Below are positions 9,375 through 18,874 of a DNA stretch of 64,000 nucleotides, piece after piece. The DNA lies in contig OZ242029.1 in assembly GCA_965205015.1 (NCBI GenBank), positions 5,280,001 to 5,344,000 of the forward strand, given 5' to 3'. The notes under the pieces are model-generated. The model had not been told where the DNA came from, did no database searches, and was given only the letters and a program-made list of their open reading frames with translations. Position 1 is the stretch's first letter; the number at the start of each line of letters is the position of its first letter. The stretch is from Candidatus Poribacteria bacterium. Lineage in GTDB: Bacteria; Poribacteria; WGA-4E; WGA-3G. The translations under genes were made by a program, and so were the position numbers.

Positions 9375-10862
9375 ATGCAAACAGAAGAGACACAAACAAC
9401 TGAACCTGTTGACATTCCACCGGTCACCGGTCCGTATACCGAGCCGTGGTCGCTGAAAAAGATTATCGCACTTGCATCGGTGTTTGGACCCGCGGCGATC
9501 GTGGCTTCAGTGAGTATCGGGGCAGGCGAGACGATTGTTGTCGTTCGGGCAGGGGCGTGGGCAGGTTATAACTTGCTCTGGCTTGTGCTGCTCAGCTGCG
9601 TCGTGAAAGGTATTTTTGTCACCTATCTGCTCGGTCGCTATACCGCGGTGAGCGGTGAACATATCGGACACCGGCTCGTCAAGCTGCCTGGACCGCGGGG
9701 ATGGCTCCTCCTTGTGATTGTCCTTTTTGAGATGATCGGCGCGCCTTTGGCATGGGTACCGATCGCCAAACCGTGTGGTGCGCTGCTCCATTTTCTGTTC
9801 AGAGATACGCTGTCTTCAGGTGTCTCGCAACTCGTTTGGGAAAACCTAATCACATCCTGCTTTATTACCCTCGCACTCCTTTTCGGTTTACGTATCTCCT
9901 TTGAAAGACTTGAAAAACAGCAACTCATTATCTGTCTCATTCTTGTTGTTGGGACAATTATTGGCACACTGATGGTGCGTCCCGACTTTGGCAAAGCACT
10001 CGTTGGGAGTCTCCGTTTTGGGTATCTGCCTGAATTCCCTGAATGGGCACCGAAGGACGCGGTTGAGAATCCCTTGTTGACAATGGCAACTGCGTTTGGT
10101 TACGTCGGTGGTTCTGTCATGGGATACGTTGTTTACGCGAATTGGGTGAGCATCCACCGTTGGGGTATGACATCACATCGGAACATTGACGCTATCCGTC
10201 AGCGTGCCTCCAATCGTGATAGAATTGATTATCTCCCTGAGCACCCTGAGCGGGTCAGCCAACTCCGAAAAATCCTTGCTCCACTTCGATGGGATATCGG
10301 CATGGGCGCGATTGTGTTATTTATCGTGACGGGCGCGTTCATGATCTCAGGGGCTGCCGTCCTGTATGGAATGCAAAGCACGTTTGAAGGATGGAGTCTA
10401 CTGACCGATCAAGCGAGTGTCTGGAAAAATATTCATGCTTCGTTGGTATGGGTATACTACATCTGTATCATCGTCGCGCTGTGGGGAACGCTACAGGCAC
10501 TCCCCGAGATTTACGCACGCGTGATACAAGAGTTCTTCCAAGCGATCTGGCCCCGCCGTGAATGGAACTACGATACACTTCGGAGATGGATATGTCTCTA
10601 TATTTTTCTCACGACGATGGTACTCATCTGGTTGAACATCCCGTTCGACATCTTGACACAGATCGCAGGCTTTATTTTGGCGAATTTCTCAATCGCGTTG
10701 ATGATGCTCGCAGCACTGTATCTCAACGCGAAACTACCCACTGCTTATCGGACGCGTCCCTTTATGTTCATCGGTGCCTTGATTTCCGCAGTTGTACTTG
10801 TTACGTTTGCGGGGATTAGTGGCTGGGGGTTGTACGTCAAAATCGCTAAACTTCTTGCGTAA
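9375..10862 (+). CDS. Nramp-family-like (APC superfamily) membrane transporter
   Basis: GPAAIVASVSIGAGE, GYNLLW, GRYTAVSGE; about 11 hydrophobic segments. Confidence 0.75.
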   Translation: MQTEETQTTEPVDIPPVTGPYTEPWSLKKIIALASVFGPAAIVASVSIGAGETIVVVRAGAWAGYNLLWLVLLSCVVKGIFVTYLLGRYTAVSGEHIGHRLVKLPGPRGWLLLVIVLFEMIGAPLAWVPIAKPCGALLHFLFRDTLSSGVSQLVWENLITSCFITLALLFGLRISFERLEKQQLIICLILVVGTIIGTLMVRPDFGKALVGSLRFGYLPEFPEWAPKDAVENPLLTMATAFGYVGGSVMGYVVYANWVSIHRWGMTSHRNIDAIRQRASNRDRIDYLPEHPERVSQLRKILAPLRWDIGMGAIVLFIVTGAFMISGAAVLYGMQSTFEGWSLLTDQASVWKNIHASLVWVYYICIIVALWGTLQALPEIYARVIQEFFQAIWPRREWNYDTLRRWICLYIFLTTMVLIWLNIPFDILTQIAGFILANFSIALMMLAALYLNAKLPTAYRTRPFMFIGALISAVVLVTFAGISGWGLYVKIAKLLA

Positions 10863-10945
10863 TGGTTTTGATTAAGGTTGACCCCTTTCACGTAAAGGTA
10901 TAAAATACCATTACTAACTTTGAATCTTCAGAAGGAGATAAAATC

Positions 10946-11668
10946 ATGGCAGACCTCAAAAATGAGCTCCAGAAACTGCAACAGAATGGCTTCGTTTTGA
11001 TAGAGGGTGCGTTGTCACCAGAGGAGACAGAGCGTATCCGTCAGCGAATCAATTATGCGCGGGAACAGGGGTGGGAGGAAGGCTTAAACGCCGTCGGCAA
11101 TATGTGGTTCGATACCCTCCTGGATCGGGAACCCGATACATACCAGCCGCTTGTCGGGCATTCGAGTGTCCGTCCCTATCTTGAGGGCTTGATGGGCAAA
11201 CAGTGCCAACTGCGAAGCCTACGCGCACACATAAATCCAGGTCCCTATCTCCAAGAATGGCACATGGATTTTTACGGCTATTGGCAGGAACAGCGGTATG
11301 TTGCGGAACATCCGTTTGCGATGGCACCCGTCGGGATTAACACCACCTTCTACTTCCAAGACAACGATCCGGGTGAGGGACACCTCAAGTTTATCAAAGG
11401 CGGTCATCTGTCAGAGCCGCCACACCTCTATCCGTTGGATCGTCCTAAATTCGAGGCGTGGTGTGATGCACAAGAACATGTTATCCTGCATCCGAAAGCG
11501 GGAGATTGTGTCGTATTTATCAATCACATCCCGCATCAAGGCGCAAAAGAGCGGGACGATATGGAGCGGAGCAATGTTGTGTGTCATTATCAGGTAACAC
11601 CGATGTATGAAGGCGTTTGGCATGTCTCGCGTCCGCGCGGGTATCAAGGTACATTTCCGTTCGCTTAG
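10946..11668 (+). CDS. Phytanoyl-CoA dioxygenase (PhyH) family protein
   Basis: NGFVLIEGALS, WHMD (HxD), KAGDCVVF...PHQG. Confidence 0.85.
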   Translation: MADLKNELQKLQQNGFVLIEGALSPEETERIRQRINYAREQGWEEGLNAVGNMWFDTLLDREPDTYQPLVGHSSVRPYLEGLMGKQCQLRSLRAHINPGPYLQEWHMDFYGYWQEQRYVAEHPFAMAPVGINTTFYFQDNDPGEGHLKFIKGGHLSEPPHLYPLDRPKFEAWCDAQEHVILHPKAGDCVVFINHIPHQGAKERDDMERSNVVCHYQVTPMYEGVWHVSRPRGYQGTFPFA

Positions 11669-11687
11669 AGATATATGTGAGTGTTTA

Positions 11688-11716
11688 ACGGGCGGGTGTT
11701 CTTGACATCCGCCCGT
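11688..11716 (+). terminator. GC-rich stem-loop
   Basis: ACGGGCGGGTGT...ACATCCGCCCGT inverted repeat between co-oriented genes. Confidence 0.4.
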
Positions 11717-11756
11717 GTCGTTTAACGAACTAACTCTATAAAACTGGAGGATACTC

Positions 11757-12590
11757 ATGCGTAACTTGCAAATCAAAGTCTCGTATAAAAAAATGGTGTG
11801 CTTATGTGTTATGTATCTGGTAGGGGGTTTTTATAATATCAGTACAGCCGCGGAACTTGAGGGGTTAGTCGTCTATTTTGCTTTTGAGGAAGGTGCAGGT
11901 AAAGCCGTTGCGGATCTCTCTGGTAACGGGCAAGATGGGAAATTGGAGGGAGATACGTCGTGGACGGATGGTAAATTTGGGAAAGCGGTGGATTTCGGTG
12001 GGAAAGATGGGATCGTTCGGGTGGAACATTCCGATGCATTTGAGTTTACCGATGGAATTACAATTGCGGCGTGGATTCTGCCCACTTTGAAGGCGGGACC
12101 CGGCACATGGCAACTGATAGCGGCGAAGGGACCTGACGTTCAAGAGTTTTTCGAGGTGCTGCTCCATCCGGACGGTTTTATATGGATGGGCTGGAAGTTG
12201 ACAGGCGGGCGCGTTGTTCCCGCACAAAGCCCTCGCGATGTCGTTAAAGACAAATGGCAGCACGTCGCTGTTTCATTTCAGAGTGGAGAGTGGTGGACGG
12301 TCTATCTTGATGGCGAAATCCTCATCGATTACCCGAAGAATGGCAACAAACTGGTGCCGATTGATGCACCACTTATGATCGGTATGGAGGAACCACCGGC
12401 TCTCAATCGCTACTATAACGGTGTTATTGATGAGTTCGCACTCTTTAACCGCGGGCTTTCACAGGATGAGGTTAAAGAAATTCAAGGGAGTAGTATCCAA
12501 GAGATTTTGGCTGTTGAACCCGATGAGAAATTGCCGACAACATGGGGGAGGCTTAAAGGGAGATATACGGGCGGTAGTAAGTCAAATTGA
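11757..12590 (+). CDS. Secreted LamG-like jellyroll domain protein with C-terminal TWG motif
   Basis: DLSGNGQDG, GKFGKAVDF, WQHVAVSF, GVIDEFALFNRGLS, AVEPDEKLPTTWGRLK. Confidence 0.85.
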   Translation: MRNLQIKVSYKKMVCLCVMYLVGGFYNISTAAELEGLVVYFAFEEGAGKAVADLSGNGQDGKLEGDTSWTDGKFGKAVDFGGKDGIVRVEHSDAFEFTDGITIAAWILPTLKAGPGTWQLIAAKGPDVQEFFEVLLHPDGFIWMGWKLTGGRVVPAQSPRDVVKDKWQHVAVSFQSGEWWTVYLDGEILIDYPKNGNKLVPIDAPLMIGMEEPPALNRYYNGVIDEFALFNRGLSQDEVKEIQGSSIQEILAVEPDEKLPTTWGRLKGRYTGGSKSN

Positions 12591-12673
12591 CATATAGAAT
12601 CACACCCCTTTTAAGACTGTGCCAATTTGGCAGACAATCGGTGGGAATTTTCGCTATTTCAAGCGATTACGAT

Positions 12674-12689
12674 TGGCATAGATATTGCA
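12674..12689 (+). promoter_or_regulatory. Sigma54 (-24/-12) promoter of dnaK
   Basis: TGGCATAGATATTGCA = GG-N10-GC; palindrome TGCCAATTTGGCA upstream at 12620-12632. Confidence 0.7.
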
Positions 12690-12694
12690 TACGA

Positions 12695-12811
12695 TTCGGT
12701 AAAATCTGAAAATATGTGGGCAGTTATTCTGTGAAAAAACCGCACCTCCGCTGGCGAGGTTTCGAACCTCGCCAATCTTCTGGTGTATCGGTGATTGTAT
12801 ATTTTACCCTA
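12695..12811 (+). mobile_element. 117-bp MITE-like element, degenerate copy (dnaK leader)
   Basis: Aligns by eye with copies at 23427-23543 and 50487-50603: GTAAA.TC..AAAATATGT.G.CAG left end, central CTGGCGAGG..CCTCGCC hairpin, same length. Confidence 0.65.
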
Positions 12812-12834
12812 TTTTATATGAAGGAGCACTAAAA

Positions 12835-14778
12835 ATGAGCAAAGTCATTGGAATTGATTTAGGTACGACAAATTCATGTGTGGCTGTTTTAGAGAGCGGT
12901 GATGCCAAGGTGATTGAAAACACCGAAGGAAATCGAACCACCCCCTCGATTGTTGGTTTCACCAGTGATGGGGAGCGTCCCGTCGGACAGGTCGCAAAAA
13001 GACAAGCCATCACGAACCCACAAAATACAATCTTTTCGATTAAAAGGTTCATGGGACGGAAATATAACGAGATTGGTGACGATGCCACCCGTGTGTCTTA
13101 TGAATTAAAAGCAGATAAAGGTGGCGATGTCGCTGTAAATATTGAGGGCAAGGATTATTCGCCGCCTGAAATCTCCGCTATGGTTTTGCGGAAGATGAAA
13201 GAGACTGCCGAGGCATACCTCGGAGAGCAGGTCACGAAAGCGGTTATTACCGTTCCCGCCTACTTCAACGATTCCCAACGTCAGGCGACAGCCGATGCTG
13301 GTAAAATCGCAGGGTTAGAGGTCGATCGGATTATCAATGAACCGACCGCTGCATCTCTCGCTTACGGGTTACAAAGTGAAGGCGATAAAAAAATCGCCGT
13401 CTATGACCTCGGCGGCGGCACGTTTGATATCTCTATCCTGGAAATCGGGGATGGCGTGTTCGAGGTGAAAAGTACCAACGGGGATACACACCTCGGGGGT
13501 GACGATTTTGATCAGGCGGTTATTGACTGGATGGCACAAGAATTCCTCAGTAGCCAAGGGATCGATCTCCGTAGCGATCCGATGGCATTGCAACGGCTGA
13601 AGGAGGCGGCGGAAACCGCGAAGTGCGAACTTTCCAGCACGCAACAAGCTGATATTAATCTGCCTTTTATTACCAGCGATGCCAGCGGACCGAAGCACCT
13701 TAACTTGACGCTCACTCGCCCAAAACTGGAGCAGATTACGGATAGTCTCGTTCAACGATCGCTCAACCCCTGTCGACAGGCGCTTGCGGACGCTGAAATG
13801 AAACCCTCTGATATCGATGAGGTTATCCTCGTCGGTGGACAGACACGCATGCCTAAGGTTCAGGAAGCCGTCCAACAACTCTTCGGTAAAGAACCACACA
13901 AGGGAGTCAACCCGGATGAAGTCGTCGCAATCGGGGCGGCTATTCAAGGGGGTGTGCTTGCTGGGGACGAAGAGGTCAAAGATATTCTTTTGTTGGATGT
14001 CACGCCACTCTCACTCGGGGTTGAGACACTCGGCGGAATGTTCACACGGTTGATTGACAGGAATACCACAATCCCTACGAAGAAATCGAATATATTCACA
14101 ACGCCTGAGAACAATCAGACCTCGGTTGATGTGCATGTCCTCCAAGGCGAACGGGAGCAGGCGGTTTACAACAAGACCATCGGACGCTTCCGCCTGAGCG
14201 AATTGCCGCCAGCGCCGAGAGGGATTCCACAGATTGAAGTGACATTTGATATTGACGCAAACGGCATCCTCAACGTGTCTGCGAAGGATACCGCAACCGG
14301 TAAAGAGCAGAAGATTACCATTACCGCCTCTTCCGGGCTTAGCGATGCCGAGATCGATCAGATGGTGAAAGATGCCGAAACGCACGCTGAAGAGGATAAG
14401 CAGAAACGGGAGGAAGTTGAGGCTCGCAACCGTGCGGATTCTATGGTCTATGAGACTGAGAAGAACCTCAACGAGTTCGGGGACAAGGTCGATGATGCTT
14501 CCAAGGAGAAAGTCAACGCTGCTGTCGCCCGTGTCAAGCAAGCATTAGAAGCCGACAACCACGCTGAGATCCAATCCACGACAGAGGCACTAACGCAGGT
14601 CTGGCATGAGGTCTCTGCCCAGATGTATCAGCAGACAGCCGATGCAGCCGATATCGGGGTAGACCTAGGCGCTGCTGTAGGAGATCCAGGAGTTACTGAA
14701 GCACCGCCTGACCCCGCGGAAGGTGAAGTCGTTGACGCTGAATATGAGGTCGTTGACGAGGACGAGAAGAAAAAGTAA
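12835..14778 (+). CDS. dnaK: Molecular chaperone DnaK (Hsp70)
   Basis: [57 protein letters not shown]. Confidence 0.99.
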   Translation: MSKVIGIDLGTTNSCVAVLESGDAKVIENTEGNRTTPSIVGFTSDGERPVGQVAKRQAITNPQNTIFSIKRFMGRKYNEIGDDATRVSYELKADKGGDVAVNIEGKDYSPPEISAMVLRKMKETAEAYLGEQVTKAVITVPAYFNDSQRQATADAGKIAGLEVDRIINEPTAASLAYGLQSEGDKKIAVYDLGGGTFDISILEIGDGVFEVKSTNGDTHLGGDDFDQAVIDWMAQEFLSSQGIDLRSDPMALQRLKEAAETAKCELSSTQQADINLPFITSDASGPKHLNLTLTRPKLEQITDSLVQRSLNPCRQALADAEMKPSDIDEVILVGGQTRMPKVQEAVQQLFGKEPHKGVNPDEVVAIGAAIQGGVLAGDEEVKDILLLDVTPLSLGVETLGGMFTRLIDRNTTIPTKKSNIFTTPENNQTSVDVHVLQGEREQAVYNKTIGRFRLSELPPAPRGIPQIEVTFDIDANGILNVSAKDTATGKEQKITITASSGLSDAEIDQMVKDAETHAEEDKQKREEVEARNRADSMVYETEKNLNEFGDKVDDASKEKVNAAVARVKQALEADNHAEIQSTTEALTQVWHEVSAQMYQQTADAADIGVDLGAAVGDPGVTEAPPDPAEGEVVDAEYEVVDEDEKKK

Positions 14779-14815
14779 GGGGCACCGGCGCGCTGCCATA
14801 CGGGAGGTTCCATCG

Positions 14816-15421
14816 ATGGCGTATAGCGACTTCACCTTAGAATCGGTAGTGCCAACGTTTCAACTGGAGAAGGTTGACGCCGTGGGGCTCTTTTCTGAAA
14901 TAGAGCCAGTGACACCGAGTGCGTACCTCACAACGGGATTGAAGAGGAAGGCACCGTTAGCCACCGCTATCGGCACGGAGAAAGCACGCTCAGAGATGAT
15001 TGTCGCCGATGTGCTCGTTGAACTCCTTGAACACTTGGATCGCAGCATCAGTTTGTTTTCTGGGATTGATTTCAGCGTTGATGTTGAAAACGGCTTGACC
15101 GGGGTGTGCGATTTTTTAGTGAGTCTATCGCCAAACCAATTTTATTTAGAGGCACCTGCCATTATTCTTGTGGAGGCGAAAAATACTGATGTGAAATTGG
15201 GACTTGGGCAGTGTGTCGCTGAGATGCTCGCTGCCCAACGCTTTAATGCCGACAGGGGTAACGACATCCGGTGTATTTATGGGGCTTCTACCACAGGAAT
15301 AGATTGGCTGTTTCTCAAGTTGGAGGGAAAATGTCTGCACATTGATATGATCACCTATCAACTCGCGCAGTGCGACAAAGTCCTTGGCATCCTTTCCAGT
15401 ATGGTCGCGCAGAAAGCATGA
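14816..15421 (+). CDS. Hypothetical protein with PD-(D/E)xK-like motif, tandem copy 1
   Basis: MAYSDFTLE start, TEKARSE, GVCDFL...VEAK, GQCVAEMLAAQRFN; 201 aa. Confidence 0.75.
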   Translation: MAYSDFTLESVVPTFQLEKVDAVGLFSEIEPVTPSAYLTTGLKRKAPLATAIGTEKARSEMIVADVLVELLEHLDRSISLFSGIDFSVDVENGLTGVCDFLVSLSPNQFYLEAPAIILVEAKNTDVKLGLGQCVAEMLAAQRFNADRGNDIRCIYGASTTGIDWLFLKLEGKCLHIDMITYQLAQCDKVLGILSSMVAQKA

Positions 15422-15452
15422 AGGGCAAAATAGGGGACAGGAGGGAACAGAT

Positions 15453-16058
15453 ATGGCTTATAGCGATTTTACGTTGGAAGCAGTCGTAACAACGTTTCAA
15501 CTGGAAATTGTTGAATCCGCGGCACTCTTTGCTGAAATAGAAGCGATAGTTCCAAGCTCCTATCTCACAGAAGTCCTAACGAAAAAGGTTCAGTTAGCTA
15601 CTGCAATAGGGACAGAGAAGGCAAAATCGGAACTGATTGTTGCTGATATTCTGTTTGAACTCCGTGAGCAATTCAATCAGCGGATCAGTTTTTTTTCGGG
15701 GATAGAGTTCAGTGTTGATGAGGAAAACGGATTGACAGGCGTATGCGATTTTTTGGTGAGTCTTTCACCGATTCAGCATTTGTTACAGGCACCTGTCATC
15801 GTCCTTGTTGAGGCGAAGAAGGATGACCTGAAACTGGGTATGGGACAGTGTGTCGCCGAGATGCTCGCCGCCCAACGTTTTAATGCTGAAAGAGGGAATG
15901 ATATCCCTTGCGTTTATGGGGCTTCTACGACAGGAGTCGATTGGCTGTTCCTCAAGTTGGAGGGAAAATGCCTGCACATTGATATGGTAACCTACGCGAT
16001 TGAACGGTGCGACAGAATCCTTGGTATCCTCTCCAGTATGGTCGCACAGAAGGCGTAA
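15453..16058 (+). CDS. Hypothetical protein with PD-(D/E)xK-like motif, tandem copy 2
   Basis: Same length (606 nt) and shared motifs as copy 1; GGAGGG RBS. Confidence 0.75.
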   Translation: MAYSDFTLEAVVTTFQLEIVESAALFAEIEAIVPSSYLTEVLTKKVQLATAIGTEKAKSELIVADILFELREQFNQRISFFSGIEFSVDEENGLTGVCDFLVSLSPIQHLLQAPVIVLVEAKKDDLKLGMGQCVAEMLAAQRFNAERGNDIPCVYGASTTGVDWLFLKLEGKCLHIDMVTYAIERCDRILGILSSMVAQKA

Positions 16059-16083
16059 GAACTGCGATTTTCCGGTAATTTTC

Positions 16084-16158
16084 CATCCCGTAGGGGTGAT
16101 ATATCTATAGAAAATGGTGTATGCAAGCAACCGCACTCCGTAGGAGTGTTATATCTAT
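16084..16158. repeat. Pair of CCGTAGG-centred REP-like palindromes in direct repeat
   Basis: CATCCCGTAGGGGTGATATATCTAT at 16084 and CACTCCGTAGGAGTGTTATATCTAT at 16134. Confidence 0.6.
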
Positions 16159-16191
16159 GCTAAAATTTGGACAATTTCTACCTGTTTCTGC

Positions 16192-17646
16192 TTAGGTGCT
16201 TTCTTGCAACACCTTATGGATTTCGAGCATAGCAAGCGTATCGAGTCTGCAGTAGGCTTTCAAACGTCGATTCCATTCTTGTCTTTCGGTTTCACTGTTT
16301 GCACTGAGCATCAAATTCCAAGCTGCTGGCGCATCTCCACCGTCTTGAATGTCTAAATCCTTATAAGAAAGCGAAGGTACTAACACAGGAAGGACCGACT
16401 TGAGAGATTTAGACCCACAGAAATCGGGGTGTGCGTAGTGTTTTCCGATTACCGCGAACTGATCCCAGAGTCTTTTAATGATGGATCTAAGTGCCGAAGC
16501 AGACTCGGGGAAAGATTTAGCCAGACCTTTCAGGATCCGGCGCTCAAAAGATATATTGTAGACGACAATGGAACCGTGGTCAGAAGTGTGCGCGAGCAGA
16601 GATTGCAAGAGCGACGGACGTGGATCGGTCGTATCGGTGTGCAGGTATTCATGATGTGTAACCGTACCATCGGATTGAAGGACGTGACAACTGTACTGGA
16701 ACGGGAATTCTTCGTGTACTTTGAAACCGTCGAACCTTGGGATAGCAGGTCTATCGGCTTCAAAATCGAGAAAGTGGATAGGGTATCGCAAGTTTGCTAA
16801 TTCGTGTCGGATGCCGCTTGCGTCGATTGTTGGCTTATTTCGGAGAATACTATCGACATAAGTGCTTTGCGAGGGGGTCAGCGGAAAATCGGCGGGGAGG
16901 TCGGCGAGCCGGAAAATGCCATTTTCTGCCAAGGCAGTTGCTTCAGGGTCTTGGAGGTCCGGAAGCGTGAAAACCGAATTTTTAGGCACAAACGCCCAAC
17001 AGGAAGTTTTGAAGGGGCATCTATGGGGACGGTTACACAGATGCTTCCCAATCGTGACGTTTGGTTCGGCATCGCTATTGCGTATAGTTTTGAACGTCCG
17101 TAGAGAGTCGGGGACTGCCTGTTTTAACAAATTAACCCTATCCGACACATCTTCACACATAAACAGGTTGGACAAGTCTGGATAAACGCACGCTTCGTTG
17201 AGGAGTATCAAGTGCGTAGCAGAGATCGGTATATCGGATGTATCCAATACGTGTTTTTGTAAAGCCAAGTTAAGGAGATATTCCTCTTTAAAATTCTTCG
17301 AGGCTCTAATTTCAATGATTCGCCACCCTTTTCCGTATTTTTGGAGGATATCGCATCGAACAAAAGCACCATTTGAACGGAAGGCAGCGTCGAAAAGGCA
17401 TGAATCGCCACGACGCATCGCAATTTTGGTGTGTCGGACGGCAACATCCGGGTCTTCAGCGTCAATGTGCACACCCTCTGGAAAGTGGGAGTAGGCAAGG
17501 GTTTTTACCGCTTTGTGTTGATTAAGGAGTTGCTGTTGGAATAAGGAGGTAGGTGATGCTTTTTCAGGGCGTTTTTCTTCGTACCAGAGCCGTTTGAGAC
17601 AGTGGATACCGTTCAAATACTTTGTGAGTGTGAGGTCGTTTAGCAT
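16192..17646 (-). CDS. DUF2779-domain protein (N-terminal PD-(D/E)xK/Cas4-like, C-terminal RNase H-like)
   Basis: CLKRLW, CDIL...IIEIRAS, C..P..CPF..SC, FLDFE, PFQYSCH, DPR, SLKSVLP, YCRLDT. Confidence 0.8.
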   Translation of the reverse strand: MLNDLTLTKYLNGIHCLKRLWYEEKRPEKASPTSLFQQQLLNQHKAVKTLAYSHFPEGVHIDAEDPDVAVRHTKIAMRRGDSCLFDAAFRSNGAFVRCDILQKYGKGWRIIEIRASKNFKEEYLLNLALQKHVLDTSDIPISATHLILLNEACVYPDLSNLFMCEDVSDRVNLLKQAVPDSLRTFKTIRNSDAEPNVTIGKHLCNRPHRCPFKTSCWAFVPKNSVFTLPDLQDPEATALAENGIFRLADLPADFPLTPSQSTYVDSILRNKPTIDASGIRHELANLRYPIHFLDFEADRPAIPRFDGFKVHEEFPFQYSCHVLQSDGTVTHHEYLHTDTTDPRPSLLQSLLAHTSDHGSIVVYNISFERRILKGLAKSFPESASALRSIIKRLWDQFAVIGKHYAHPDFCGSKSLKSVLPVLVPSLSYKDLDIQDGGDAPAAWNLMLSANSETERQEWNRRLKAYCRLDTLAMLEIHKVLQEST

Positions 17647-17801
17647 TGATACGCCTTGAAATGATGAAGATGGGGCGGGCACTCAGCCCGCCTCTTACTG
17701 GTGTTCAGACAATCTCATGCTTTGTCAACCCTTGAAACCTGACAAAGCACTAACGCGCAGAACGAAGTCCTCAGTCGGGATATTGCGTTAGGGAGGGATT
17801 A

Positions 17802-18740
17802 TTAGTACCCTAACAATTCAATGCCTTCTCGGTAAGTCGTTGCAGAATGCTGTAGGGACCCGAGTTCGTCATCCGTCAGTTCAATTTCGAGAATCTCTTC
17901 TACACCGTTCCCACCAAGTTTAATCGGAACACCGATATAAAGGTCGTCGATACCGTACTGTCCAGTGAGGTGTGCGGAGCAGGGCAGCAGCCGTTTCTTA
18001 TCGAGGATGATCGCTTCCGCCATCTGTGCTAATGAGGCACCCGCGGCATAATAGCCGCTCGTTTTGAGAAGATTGACGATTTCAGCACCCCCGTCGCGAG
18101 TCCGTTGTGCCATGGATTCGATACGATCTTCCGGGATGAGCTGCGGAATCGGAATCCCGTTGACGGTCGTATAGCGTGGAAGCGGGACCATCGTATCGCC
18201 GTGTCCACCGAGGACGAGCGCATGGATGTCTTCCATAGAGACACCGAGTTCGAGCGAGATGAAATAGCGGAACCGTGCCGAATCCAGCACACCTGCTTGC
18301 CCGACGACGCGATGTGATGGGAATCCTGAAACCTTCCAGGCGTGGTAGGTCATGATGTCGAGCGGATTCGTGAGCATCATGATGATGCAGTCTGGCGACT
18401 GTTTCACGACGTTTTCTGTGACGCTGCCGACGATATTGGCGTTCGTTTGCAACAGATCTTCACGCGTCATCCCCGGTTTGCGTGGGGACCCCGATGTGAT
18501 GATGACGAGATCGGAGCCTGCGGTTGCTGTGTAATCCAGGTCTCCGTCAATTGCGGCATCAAACATCTCTACGGGACCCATTTGTGCCATGTCCAATGCC
18601 TTACCTTGCGGGACCCCGTCTACGATGTCTATCATGACGACATCCCCGAGTTGTTTTTGTGCGATCAGGAACGCCGCTGTTGCGCCGACATTCCCCGCAC
18701 CGATAACACTGATTTTTTTTCTTGCCACTACTGCCTCCAT
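17802..18740 (-). CDS. mdh: Malate dehydrogenase (LDH-like)
   Basis: IGAGNVG, PQGKALD, PRKPGMTREDL, TNPLD, AGVLDSARF, GGHGD. Confidence 0.95.
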   Translation of the reverse strand: MEAVVARKKISVIGAGNVGATAAFLIAQKQLGDVVMIDIVDGVPQGKALDMAQMGPVEMFDAAIDGDLDYTATAGSDLVIITSGSPRKPGMTREDLLQTNANIVGSVTENVVKQSPDCIIMMLTNPLDIMTYHAWKVSGFPSHRVVGQAGVLDSARFRYFISLELGVSMEDIHALVLGGHGDTMVPLPRYTTVNGIPIPQLIPEDRIESMAQRTRDGGAEIVNLLKTSGYYAAGASLAQMAEAIILDKKRLLPCSAHLTGQYGIDDLYIGVPIKLGGNGVEEILEIELTDDELGSLQHSATTYREGIELLGY

Positions 18741-18874
18741 TTTGATCTGTTATTCTGAGAATATTTAGTAGGACTCACGCCGATAGAGATTGAAATACGT
18801 AAGTCCCTATACTAATTATACTCGGAAATCTGAAAATAATCAAGTCTCCTATAGTTTTCAGTCATACGCTTGAG

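Noticed and set aside
14723-14815. Longer starts for the tandem genes, overlapping dnaK or the first copy
   Set aside because: Both paralogs align from MAYSDFTLE, each with its own RBS.
16084-16158. Two 25-bp direct repeats beside a Cas4-like DUF2779 gene
   Set aside because: Only two imperfect units, each a short palindrome typical of REPs; no cas1/cas2.
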